Positions 52,465 to 64,000 of a stretch of 64,000 nucleotides of DNA are shown one piece after another. The stretch lies in contig OZ024743.1 of NCBI GenBank assembly GCA_964016885.1, positions 192,076,001-192,140,000 of the forward strand. The letters run 5' to 3'. Position numbers and translations under genes: made by a program. Position 1 is the first letter of the stretch, and each line of letters begins with the position of its first letter. The notes below the pieces were generated by a model that was not told where the DNA came from, made no database searches, and saw nothing but the letters and a program-made list of their open reading frames with translations. The stretch is from Eledone cirrhosa. Its lineage: Eukaryota.

Positions 52465-53602
52465 TGCCAGATTGTTGAACGTATATACTTACCTTATGCA
52501 TATTAACGGCTGAGTAGCCCAATATGCATATCGAGTGGGTTAATCGGCCGGGTGCACCGAAAACGATAAACGGAAAAAATGAAACGATATTTCATTTCCC
52601 ACTCTTAGTACGGCTGTTACTTAAATATAAGTATGTACACGTACATACATATATGTATACCGACGTACAGTAGTATGTATATATATATATACATACATGC
52701 ACACATATATATATGCACGTATGGATTCACCGAACATTTATTATAATGCTCGGTGTGTTTGTAAACAAACATCCCGTATTAAGCCGTAGTGTCTAGCAAC
52801 CACCGTTGCTCGTTTGTTCAACACTGACAAAGGAACGCTGTACTAGTTTCAAGCTTGTTAGCTATCGTCAGCAACGTATACCTTCCTGCCAGATTGTTGA
52901 ACGTATATACTTACCTTATGCATATTAACGGCTGAGTAGCCCAATATGCATATCGAGTGGGTTAATCGGCCGGGTGCACCGAAAACGATAAACGGAAAAA
53001 ATGAAACGATATTTCATTTCCCACTCTTAGTACGGCTGTTACTTAAATATAAGTATGTACACGTACATACATATATGTATACCGACGTACAGTAGTATGT
53101 ATATATATATATACATACATGCACACATATATATATGCACGTATGGATTCACCGAACATTTATTATAATGCTCGGTGTGTTTGTAAACAAACATCCCGTA
53201 TTAAGCCGTAGTGTCTAGCAACCACCGTTGCTCGTTTGTTCAACACTGACAAAGGAACGCTGTACTAGTTTCAAGCTTGTTAGCTATCGTCAGCAACGTA
53301 TACCTTCCTGCCAGATTGTTGAACGTATATACTTACCTTATGCATATTAACGGCTGAGTAGCCCAATATGCATATCGAGTGGGTTAATCGGCCGGGTGCA
53401 CCGAAAACGATAAACGGAAAAAATGAAACGATATTTCATTTCCCACTCTTAGTACGGCTGTTACTTAAATATAAGTATGTACACGTACATACATATATGT
53501 ATACCGACGTACAGTAGTATGTATATATATATATACATACATGCACACATATATATATGCACGTATGGATTCACGTATGGATTCACGTTCAACAATCTGG
53601 CA

Positions 53603-53657
53603 GGAAGGTATACGTTGCTGACGATAGCTAACAAGCTTGAAACTAGTACAGCGTTCC
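53603..53657 (+). ncRNA. Type I hammerhead ribozyme (first of 9 plus-strand copies, repeating every 422 bp to about 57033)
   Basis: ggaa-ggtata-cgttg CTGACGA t-agct-aaca-agct-t GAAA c-ta-g TA^cagcg-ttcc. Intact core, stem II agct/agct, palindromic minimal stem III (ACTAGT), GUA triplet with cleavage predicted after 53648, stem I cgttg/cagcg plus ggaa/ttcc around a bulge. Confidence 0.9.
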
Positions 53658-56600
53658 TTTGTCAGTGTTGAACAAACGAGCAACGGTGGTTGCTAGACAC
53701 TACGGCTTAATACGGGATGTTTGTTTACAAACACACCGAGCATTATAATAAATGTTCGGTGAATCCATACGTGCATATATATATGTGTGTATGTATGTAT
53801 ATATATATATACATACTACTGTACGTCGGTATACATATATGTATGTACATGTACATACTTATATTTAAGTAACAGCCGTACTAAGAGTGGGAAATGAAAT
53901 ATCGTTTCATTTTTTCCGTTTATCGTTTTCGGTGCACCCGGCCGATTAACCCACTCGATATGCATATTGGGCTACTCAGCCGTTAATATGCATAAGGTAA
54001 GTATATACGTTCAACAATCTGGCAGGAAGGTATACGTTGCTGACGATAGCTAACAAGCTTGAAACTAGTACAGCGTTCCTTTGTCAGTGTTGAACAAACG
54101 AGCAACGGTGGTTGCTAGACACTACGGCTTAATACGGGATGTTTGTTTACAAACACACCGAGCATTATAATAAATGTTCGGTGAATCCATACGTGCATAT
54201 ATATATGTGTGCATGTATGTATATATATATATACATACTACTGTACGTCGGTATACATATATGTATGTACGTGTACATACTTATATTTAAGTAACAGCCG
54301 TACTAAGAGTGGGAAATGAAATATCGTTTCATTTTTTCCGTTTATCGTTTTCGGTGCACCCGGCCGATTAACCCACTCGATATGCATATTGGGCTACTCA
54401 GCCGTTAATATGCATAAGGTAAGTATATACGTTCAACAATCTGGCAGGAAGGTATACGTTGCTGACGATAGCTAACAAGCTTGAAACTAGTACAGCGTTC
54501 CTTTGTCAGTGTTGAACAAACGAGCAACGGTGGTTGCTAGACACTACGGCTTAATACGGGATGTTTGTTTACAAACACACCGAGCATTATAATAAATGTT
54601 CGGTGAATCCATACGTGCATATATATATGTGTGCATGTATGTATATATATATATACATACTACTGTACGTCGGTATACATATATGTATGTACGTGTACAT
54701 ACTTATATTTAAGTAACAGCCGTACTAAGAGTGGGAAATGAAATATCGTTTCATTTTTTCCGTTTATCGTTTTCGGTGCACCCGGCCGATTAACCCACTC
54801 GATATGCATATTGGGCTACTCAGCCGTTAATATGCATAAGGTAAGTATATACGTTCAACAATCTGGCAGGAAGGTATACGTTGCTGACGATAGCTAACAA
54901 GCTTGAAACTAGTACAGCGTTCCTTTGTCAGTGTTGAACAAACGAGCAACGGTGGTTGCTAGACACTACGGCTTAATACGGGATGTTTGTTTACAAACAC
55001 ACCGAGCATTATAATAAATGTTCGGTGAATCCATACGTGCATATATATATGTGTGCATGTATGTATATATATATATACATACTACTGTACGTCGGTATAC
55101 ATATATGTATGTACGTGTACATACTTATATTTAAGTAACAGCCGTACTAAGAGTGGGAAATGAAATATCGTTTCATTTTTTCCGTTTATCGTTTTCGGTG
55201 CACCCGGCCGATTAACCCACTCGATATGCATATTGGGCTACTCAGCCGTTAATATGCATAAGGTAAGTATATACGTTCAACAATCTGGCAGGAAGGTATA
55301 CGTTGCTGACGATAGCTAACAAGCTTGAAACTAGTACAGCGTTCCTTTGTCAGTGTTGAACAAACGAGCAACGGTGGTTGCTAGACACTACGGCTTAATA
55401 CGGGATGTTTGTTTACAAACACACCGAGCATTATAATAAATGTTCGGTGAATCCATACGTGCATATATATATGTGTGCATGTATGTATATACATATATAC
55501 ATACTACTGTACGTCGGTATACATATATGTATGTACGTGTACATACTTATATTTAAGTAACAGCCGTACTAAGAGTGGGAAATGAAATATCGTTTCATTT
55601 TTTCCGTTTATCGTTTTCGGTGCACCCGGCCGATTAACCCACTCGATATGCATATTGGGCTACTCAGCCGTTAATATGCATAAGGTAAGTATATACGTTC
55701 AACAATCTGGCAGGAAGGTATACGTTGCTGACGATAGCTAACAAGCTTGAAACTAGTACAGCGTTCCTTTGTCAGTGTTGAACAAACGAGCAACGGTGGT
55801 TGCTAGACACTACGGCTTAATACGGGATGTTTGTTTACAAACACACCGAGCATTATAATAAATGTTCGGTGAATCCATACGTGCATATATATATGTGTGC
55901 ATGTATGTATATATATATATACATACTACTGTACGTCGGTATACATATATGTATGTACGTGTACATACTTATATTTAAGTAACAGCCGTACTAAGAGTGG
56001 GAAATGAAATATCGTTTCATTTTTTCCGTTTATCGTTTTCGGTGCACCCGGCCGATTAACCCACTCGATATGCATATTGGGCTACTCAGCCGTTAATATG
56101 CATAAGGTAAGTATATACGTTCAACAATCTGGCAGGAAGGTATACGTTGCTGACGATAGCTAACAAGCTTGAAACTAGTACAGCGTTCCTTTGTCAGTGT
56201 TGAACAAACGAGCAACGGTGGTTGCTAGACACTACGGCTTAATACGGGATGTTTGTTTACAAACACACCGAGCATTATAATAAATGTTCGGTGAATCCAT
56301 ACGTGCATATATATATGTGTGCATGTATGTATATATATATATACATACTACTGTACGTCGGTATACATATATGTATGTACGTGTACATACTTATATTTAA
56401 GTAACAGCCGTACTAAGAGTGGGAAATGAAATATCGTTTCATTTTTTCCGTTTATCGTTTTCGGTGCACCCGGCCGATTAACCCACTCGATATGCATATT
56501 GGGCTACTCAGCCGTTAATATGCATAAGGTAAGTATATACGTTCAACAATCTGGCAGGAAGGTATACGTTGCTGACGATAGCTAACAAGCTTGAAACTAG

Positions 56601-57293
56601 TACAGCGTTCCTTTGTCAGTGTTGAACAAACGAGCAACGGTGGTTGCTAGACACTACGGCTTAATACGGGATGTTTGTTTACAAACACACCGAGCATTAT
56701 AATAAATGTTCGGTGAATCCATACGTGCATATATATATGTGTGCATGTATGTATATATATATATACATACTACTGTACGTCGGTATACATATATGTATGT
56801 ACGTGTACATACTTATATTTAAGTAACAGCCGTACTAAGAGTGGGAAATGAAATATCGTTTCATTTTTTCCGTTTATCGTTTTCGGTGCACCCGGCCGAT
56901 TAACCCACTCGATATGCATATTGGGCTACTCAGCCGTTAATATGCATAAGGTAAGTATATACGTTCAACAATCTGGCAGGAAGGTATACGTTGCTGACGA
57001 TAGCTAACAAGCTTGAAACTAGTACAGCGTTCCTTTGTCAGTGTTGAACAAACGAGCAACGGTGGTTGCTAGACACTACGGCTTAATACGGGATGTTTGT
57101 TTACAAACACACCGAGCATTATAATAAATGTTCGGTGAATCCATACGTGCATATATATATGTGTGCATGTATGTATATATATATATACATACTACTGTAC
57201 GTCGGTATACATATATGTATGTACGTGTACATACTTATATTTAAGTAACAGCTGTACTAAGAGTGGGAAATGAAATATCGTTTCATTTTTTCC

Positions 57294-57337
<44 letters not shown>

Positions 57338-57407
57338 CAAGAAGTAACTATAATGTGGTATCAAATACATACAGACACAGTTATCTGTAGATTTATACAC
57401 ATGTACA

Positions 57408-57470
<63 letters not shown>

Positions 57471-57798
57471 TGTTGGGAAGGGCATCCAGCCATAGAAAAC
57501 CTACCAGAGACAGTTCTGTACGAGCAAGACATAGTCTCCCGACCAATTTCGTCTTAAGTGGGACAAAACCGTCCAACCCATGCTAGTGTGGAAGATGGAT
57601 GTTAAACGATGATGATGAGGATGATATATATATATATATATAGTTTCGTTGACAATTATACTAATGTGCACAGACACACAGATATATTGTCCTTGGTATG
57701 ACAGTGTGGTTTTAGCTCAATGTATGATAACTAGTATACTAGAGCCATTATAAGTTTAGGAATAACCAAAGAGTGCTTTGAAATACATTGTTTTATTT

Positions 57799-57843
57799 GC
57801 TAACAGTGTTTCATCCATACCCTACGGCAGGAATCATCAGAGC
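57799..57843 (-). ncRNA. Hammerhead ribozyme (solitary variant)
   Basis: Reverse complement reads gct CTGATGA t-tcc-tgcc-gtag-ggta-t-gga-t GAAAC act GTT^agc. Extended stem II, GUU triplet, proximal stem I only 3 bp. Confidence 0.65.
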
Positions 57844-58152
57844 CCATAAACAAAAATATATCAAAGGTTGCAGGCTCCATCGAGCCTAGTCTTCAGAACA
57901 AGGAAGAAGGACAAGTAGGGAGATCCCAGGCCAGCGCTGTATAGAGCAACACACAATACATCTTTGGATTTTAGTCTTCAAATTTATTATTATTACTATA
58001 TTATTCCAGGTTCAATCAGGGGTAACCACAGTAAGTAAGGTACTCAATACAAACAGAGTATAAATGTTTTAATATAGAAAAGCTTCTACAGGACTAGAAC
58101 TGTTTCATTCGTGAGAAATATATATATATACACTCATATATATACATTTACC

Positions 58153-58207
<55 letters not shown>

Positions 58208-58611
58208 TCATATATATACATTTACATATATATATATATACACACACACTCATATATATACATTTACATATATATATATATACACACACATGTATATATA
58301 TTCCCTCTATATTTATTTTTTAAATAATAATATATAAGAAAAAAGATGTAGTTATTTGGAGAGAAATTACTATTGAGAAGATTTAAGCTCAATGTGTTTA
58401 TACAGATAGAAATATAGTGAGTAAACATTTAAAGGTTAGAAGAAATGTTGCAATTTTAACAGAGCATATAAAATAAATTAAGATAATAGTAATAAGTTTT
58501 TAGTTTAATTCTTACAATTGTTTCAGTAGAAGTCTTTTCCTGAAACACATAACAAGGCAAATGTAATAATAATCATAATGAAAATAATCATAATATAGAA
58601 CAGGAACATTT

Positions 58612-59230
58612 TCAAATGCGAGTAGGACCTATAGAGGTGGTTGATAGCTTCTGATACCTAAGTGATCAGATTAGTAAGGGAGGAGGTATCCGGAAGAAGG
58701 ACGGGTTGGAAGAAGTTTAGGGAGCTGCTTCCTCTGTTGACAAAGAAGGGTTTCTCCCTACGAACGAAAGGCCGGTTATATAATGCCTGTGTGAGATGCA
58801 CGATGCTGCATGGTTGTAAGACATGGGCAGCATCTGTAGAAGATATGTGACAGCTGGAGAGAAATGAAGCAAGCATGCTCCATTGGATGTGCAATGTCAA
58901 TAGGTGTGAATGACCAAGCATAGACGAGTTGAGAGAGAAACTGTGTATAAGAGGGATAGGCTGTAGTGTGTGGGAGAGAAGACTGCGTTAGTATGGACAT
59001 GTGATGCGCATGGAGGATGACCGCTGGGTAAAGAAGTGCCAAGAAATCTCAGTAGAAGGAAGATGCAGTCGAGGAAGACCACAAAAAATATGAGCGGAGG
59101 TGGTGAGAGCAAACCTCAGATCGCTGAAGCTCAAGGAGGAGATGAAAAAGGACTATGACGAATGGAGAGATGCCGTGCTTAATAAGACCCGTCCCACCCT
59201 TGCAAGCAGGGAAAAGCAGACGTATGATGA
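58612..59230 (+). mobile_element. Decayed RTE family A-like 3' fragment
   Basis: RTGWKKFRELLPLLTKKGFSLRTKGRLYNACVRCTMLHG, followed by a 3' end ending gatgatg. Confidence 0.82.
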
Positions 59231-59244
59231 TGGTATCATATATA

Positions 59245-59686
59245 CATTAAGTCTCCACCTTACAAACATTCTACTTTCGAACTTCCACAGATACGAACCA
59301 TCTTACGAAGAAAAAAAAATAATGCCCGTCTTTGTTTTTTAGGGCTCTTTCAGGCTGTGGGTTCTTTCTTTTGAGGAATAAAAAGAAGCTGAAATCATAC
59401 CTACGGTATGCAATACCATTCTGCTTTCGCAGAATTGAAAAAGTCCTTATTTTCTTTAACAAATTTATTGTTTTACAGTATTTTAATTCTGTTATATCTA
59501 CCTCTTATATCTACCTCTTCTATATACTGTATATATATATATATATCACTTATATGGAAATCTGCAGTATCAATGTAACATATATGGGCTTACTGGTATG
59601 TACTGTGTTAGACTATCGACTTACGAACAAATCAACTAATGAACGGCCTCTTAGAATGTAACTTGATCGTAAGTCGGGGACTTACT
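59245..59686. mobile_element. Tigger/pogo-like MITE, decayed
   Basis: The right TIR (reverse complement CAGTAAGTCCCCGACTTACGA) matches a degenerate left end cattaagtctccaccttacaa. Confidence 0.5.
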
Positions 59687-59781
59687 GTGTATGTATATAT
59701 ATATATATATATATATTTATGGGTATAAATCAAAGTTGTAGCCACAGTGTTGGAGCAGATATCAATCAATCGAACTGTGTG

Positions 59782-59860
<79 letters not shown>

Positions 59861-61089
59861 GCCTTACTAAATGGAAAAATGGACATTAAATGATGATGAT
59901 ATGTATTATAAGATAGATATGCCTTACAGTCAACCTTGAGTCATTTAGTTTCAATTTTATCTATACATGTGGATGTGTGTTCCACTTTTTTAACTCTAGG
60001 CAACAGTGATTTGATAGAGTCACTTTATAGAAGTTTTGCATATTTATATGCATATGTATACACATATCTATGTGAGACTGTGTACAGTTATATATATTTT
60101 CCTTGTATTGTATATTTTCTCTATATATAACTTATCTATAATAGTTATATATATACATAATTAAAGCACATTGATGTTCTCCATAATCTTGAGCAGTTTA
60201 AAAGTAAATTTTCATTGAAAACTTTGAATGGACTAAATATTGACTTTAATAGGTCTAATTTGGTAGCATATGGAAGATACATTTGAATGCCAAATGTTAT
60301 AAAGATAAAGAAATAAAAATAATTGATTCTGTCTTGATTTGTATTTTAGCTTGCATATCATCTTTCTTCAAGAAGGGGACAACATATTTCTTTGATCTTC
60401 TCATTGAAATGGAAAACTATTGATTTCACTTCAATTTTATAGACAGTTTAACAATGGTGATTATTCAAAGAAGTTTGGGTAGAAGATGCAGCATTGATTT
60501 GTATAAAACAATGAAAAGGAGAAGCAAAGGTGAAAAGGTTCTCTTCGGATAACAAAAGTACATTTTTTTTTCAAAATTATTCTTGAATAAAATCAATTTG
60601 AAATTTGAACAAGTCGGTTTCAAAAACAGAAAAAGAAATAAAAACCAAAATAGTCCATTCTGCTCTGCCACCCCAAAATTATATTCTGATGAAAATATAA
60701 AAGGAGATTAATTGTTCTTTCGTTTTTCTTCAATGAAGAACATTAATGAAACATCATAATTTATGCAACGACAATGGATTTATTATTATATTTTAAGCCT
60801 CAAGGAATATCTTTAGCCACAAATGTTTTCACTACTATAAATGGTCATATAATAATGCAATGAACACACAATTATCTTTTCAAACTTAACCAAATGCCAT
60901 TTGTATTGTATATCAAAGGACACTAATTAAGGTGCTTTAGACTAGATAATAGCTCTTATTTTATATGTTATTCATGTAGTTCACTGAGTGATTGTACTAT
61001 GATATTATCTATAAATACATCATAAATGCATTAATTCTTAAGCGCATGCATACACACACACATGCATGCATACACACACAGTCATTCTT

Positions 61090-61126
<37 letters not shown>

Positions 61127-62019
61127 TACAAATGCCTACACACACATAATCTGTCTCATCATTTTCTAATGGTTTGTTTCTTTTAATATAAAGTTTCAAA
61201 CTGAAAGAGTAAAACTTCTATTATAATATGAAGGTTAAAGTAAAGAAAGTTTCCAAAACAGATATCTAAAATTTTATATTGCACACAAAGAGCAGATAAA
61301 TTGATTGTAGGATATAACTTCTAAGATTTTTTTAATGATTTCATATTTCTCCATCATTTCTTCAAATCAAACAAATCTACAAAATCTAGGACATGGGGAC
61401 ACGGGTTGGGATGCAGGGAATCCTAGTTCTGCAATTGAGGTATTAAAAAAAAACTTCATAAAAGAACACTGTTCTTGAAAATAGAGCTTGTGACAAGAAT
61501 TTTTTGTTAAATAAAGAAATAACATATTCAGTATGTTAATATTTCTACATCTATAAAGACAAAATAAAAGGTAAAAAAACTAAAGGGTTTTCATTCTTAT
61601 CTGTAAGTAGTCATTGGTTCTCCAAGTTAAATACATAAACTATATAAAGAAAAACTGTGATATGAAAAATTGGAGTTTATGAAATAATAAAATGTTTCCC
61701 ATCACCACATCATGTGTATAAAATTTTCTAATTTACAAAGCTGAATGAAATCAAACAGTAATGATACATATATTTATGTGACAAGTAAACAAGCAGTAAT
61801 TTGGTACTGCTTAAATGCATTACTAAAATTACTATCAATTCCAGAATATTGCAATATCTTCAGACAAAAAGAAACGAAGTCAATTTTCTTGCTCTATTTA
61901 TCAAGATGTAGAATGTATTTAACTATAGGTAATCATAGCAAGACTAATTTAGAAAAGAATTCAGATACATAGAATTCACTTCAAATTTATTCTAAGATAT
62001 CTTCTTCATTCACTTATCA

Positions 62020-62435
62020 CTTATTCCTGGGAGGGTCGTGGGGGAAGAGTGGTCAAACACTCCTTCCAGTAGGTCATGTTAGAAGCTACTGTCTCTAATT
62101 GGTCTGACTGGATCTCTAAGCAAGACCAGCTAAGTCCATAAATCGTATCCAACCATATTGTTTGGGGTCTACTCCAGGGTCTCCTGCTGGTTAGTTTTGC
62201 CCATAAAATCTGTCCAGCAATTCTTTCCTGAAACATTCTAACCACATGTCTATAATATCGGAGCAGTGATCTCTCAATTCGGAGGAGTAGCGGCTCCACC
62301 TGGAGAGACTCTCTGATTTCCAAGTTACAAACTCTATCAAGTAACATTACTACAAATACCATTCAGCGGAACACTATTTCACCCACTTGTATTCACAATC
62401 ATATTCTTTCCGTCATTACCCAAGATTCACAACCA
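62020..62435 (-). mobile_element. RTE family B 3' end fragment
   Basis: ORF 62021-62362 IRESLQVEPLLLRIERSLLRYYRHVVRM, homologous to 15650-16000. Confidence 0.78.
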
Positions 62436-62539
62436 TTCTAAGATATTATGTGTCTTGAGAAACAACAAAAGAAATACTTAATAAAATACATCGCTACTTT
62501 GTTATAATTTACCTGCAGAAAAACATTGACAAAGTACCC

Positions 62540-62930
62540 TATTCTGTAGCTTTCCCTTCAGTTTCAGTGACACTTCCCCCCTCATTAATATGCCACTCAG
62601 TTCCTGAAACTTCCTTCATGCACTTCTCACTCTAGCCATTGTCACCGAGTCTGATCTCCTTTCTCCATTCAACATGCATCTCACATAACAAAATGTCTTC
62701 ACACCTATCTTCATGCCATTTCCAAGATGCATCTCAACATCCTCTCCATCTGCATCTCCCACCATACATACTTTATATTTAAATGTATCCGCCTCATTAT
62801 CTAATAATTCTCTCTCACTACTACATTTTCCATGTACCCACCAAGTGCATATTGCAGATTTAAAAGAGTTCAATCTAACACACTTCCTGCATACAACACA
62901 TAACCACCTTCCTGTTTATTCTACCTTACC
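62540..62930 (-). mobile_element. Old RTE fragment (Cys-rich linker region)
   Basis: NSFKSAICTWWVHGKCS...TFCYVRCMLNGE...ARVRSA aligns by eye to the family A linker. Confidence 0.6.
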
Positions 62931-64000
62931 ACTGAAGGGAAAGGTTGAGCAGCAGAAGAGGCGGGAAAGAATTGTTTTAATATCACAAAGAGAAGACAAA
63001 TAATGAATTGCAGAGGTAGATGAGAATAAACCCAGTCATGAATGTTGTGAAGAGAAATGGAATGAAATGGTTAGGTCATGTACTGAGGAAGGATGAAAGT
63101 AATTGGGTGAGAGGAGTAATGGAAATGGTGTGGAAGAAAGTAGAAGGGGAAGATCAATGAAAGCTGCTAGGGCGTTGGTGAGAGGGGATACAGAGGACAG
63201 GGCAAAATGAAAAAGCCGTTCATGGGGCACTCAAGGTTAATCCCTGCTTTAGCAGAAAATTACCTGAAAAGGCTTGCTTTTTCTGTGTTGTATACTATTC
63301 TGTAGCTTTTGATCAATGAGACAGTTTGGTAAAGGTGAAACTTTTATGACCTAGTAAGGCTACACAAAATAATATATGCAGCTCTCTATCCAAATACATA
63401 TGTGCAATTCTCTATCCCCACTATCACACCTCTAGGAAGAGCTTTCTTATCAATTCACAAGCTTTGTTACAAGAAACAGACTTTCATTAATCACTACTTT
63501 TATCCAGCCCCTCCATATGTTTTAGCTGAGATAGTCACACAACTTATAAGCAATAGCATTTCCCTCTTGGAGACAATTTAAAATTAACTATAGAAACATT
63601 CAATATGTACACTGCCAACATACATAATCAGGGGATATATTCAAGTCAATATTAACTGAAATGCTAATGAATGAAAACAAAAGACAAAATGTATTCAGTA
63701 TGTGAATATAATTTCTAGTAACCATTAAAGTTACCAATATCTTAAATAAGCAGTATTTTATCGTTAATAATATATTCAAGAAGATATTTGAATTATATTT
63801 CATTTTTGCACAACTGATTTTCTTTCTTTTTTTCAGTTTACCTAACTAATTTAATTTTACATATAACTCACAGTTTATCACCTATCATATGTCAATATGA
63901 TTTTTAAAAGGAGAAAAAATATGTACATTTATTTTATTTAGCAATGATTTATAAAATGATTCTGACTTCTTAGCAATATAAAATGATTCTGACTTCTTAG

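Larger units (their letters stand above)
52207..57298. repeat. Head-to-head inverted tandem array of a 422-bp HHR-containing monomer (retrozyme-like): about 3.3 minus-strand units + about 8.8 plus-strand units
   Basis: Period is exactly 422 (aagtatgtac at 52207/52629/53051/53473; gttcaacaatc at 53587, 54009 ... 56963). Orientation flips at about 53560-53590 with a 12-nt cacgtatggatt duplication. Both outer ends run into (TA)n. Units are near identical with a few point differences. No meaningful ORF. Confidence 0.95.

Noticed and set aside
52207-57298. CRISPR array or plain satellite
   Set aside because: No unique spacers and a eukaryotic context. The embedded ribozyme and the dispersed diverged copy argue against inert satellite.
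58085-58535. Partial HHR halves on the minus strand (GAAACAATTGTA at about 58513-58527; GAAACAGTTCTA at about 58095-58106)
   Set aside because: No matching CUGANGA half or stem II, so not called as ribozymes.
62505-62580. ctgcag|gtaaat donor-like site as a candidate upstream IFT122 exon
   Set aside because: The upstream frame hits a stop and belongs to an RTE fragment.
63938-64000. Short tandem duplication at the window end
   Set aside because: Local duplication of about 28 bp with no functional signal, truncated by the window edge.

Overview
AT-rich, repeat-dense eukaryotic DNA. It is probably cephalopod/octopus-like, inferred only from the (TA)n microsatellite load and the SINE/LINE content. 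The one host gene I can support is IFT122 on the minus strand: four internal exons (27989-28126, 12031-12195, 9542-9661, 89-207) with canonical AG/GT boundaries that join in frame. The rest is intronic or presumed intronic: three RTE-clade LINE families, a near full-length plus a truncated Tx1/L1-clade LINE in (GATA)n, a Penelope-like GIY-YIG fragment, a FLYWCH/MULE relic, a Helitron, MITEs and tRNA-derived SINEs. The main finding is a hammerhead-ribozyme (HHR) repeat system. A 422-bp non-coding monomer carrying a type I HHR forms a head-to-head array of about 3.3 + 8.8 nearly identical units (12 HHRs, 52207-57298). A diverged inverted array of the same family (26176-27425) shows a compensatory stem I change, and other HHR variants lie at 18490, 49701, 50044 and 57799. 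Many insertions are palindromic with both 3' ends pointing outward into (TA)n, which suggests double-ended reverse transcription, possibly from circular RNA. Folds and alignments were done by eye, and repeat boundaries are approximate.
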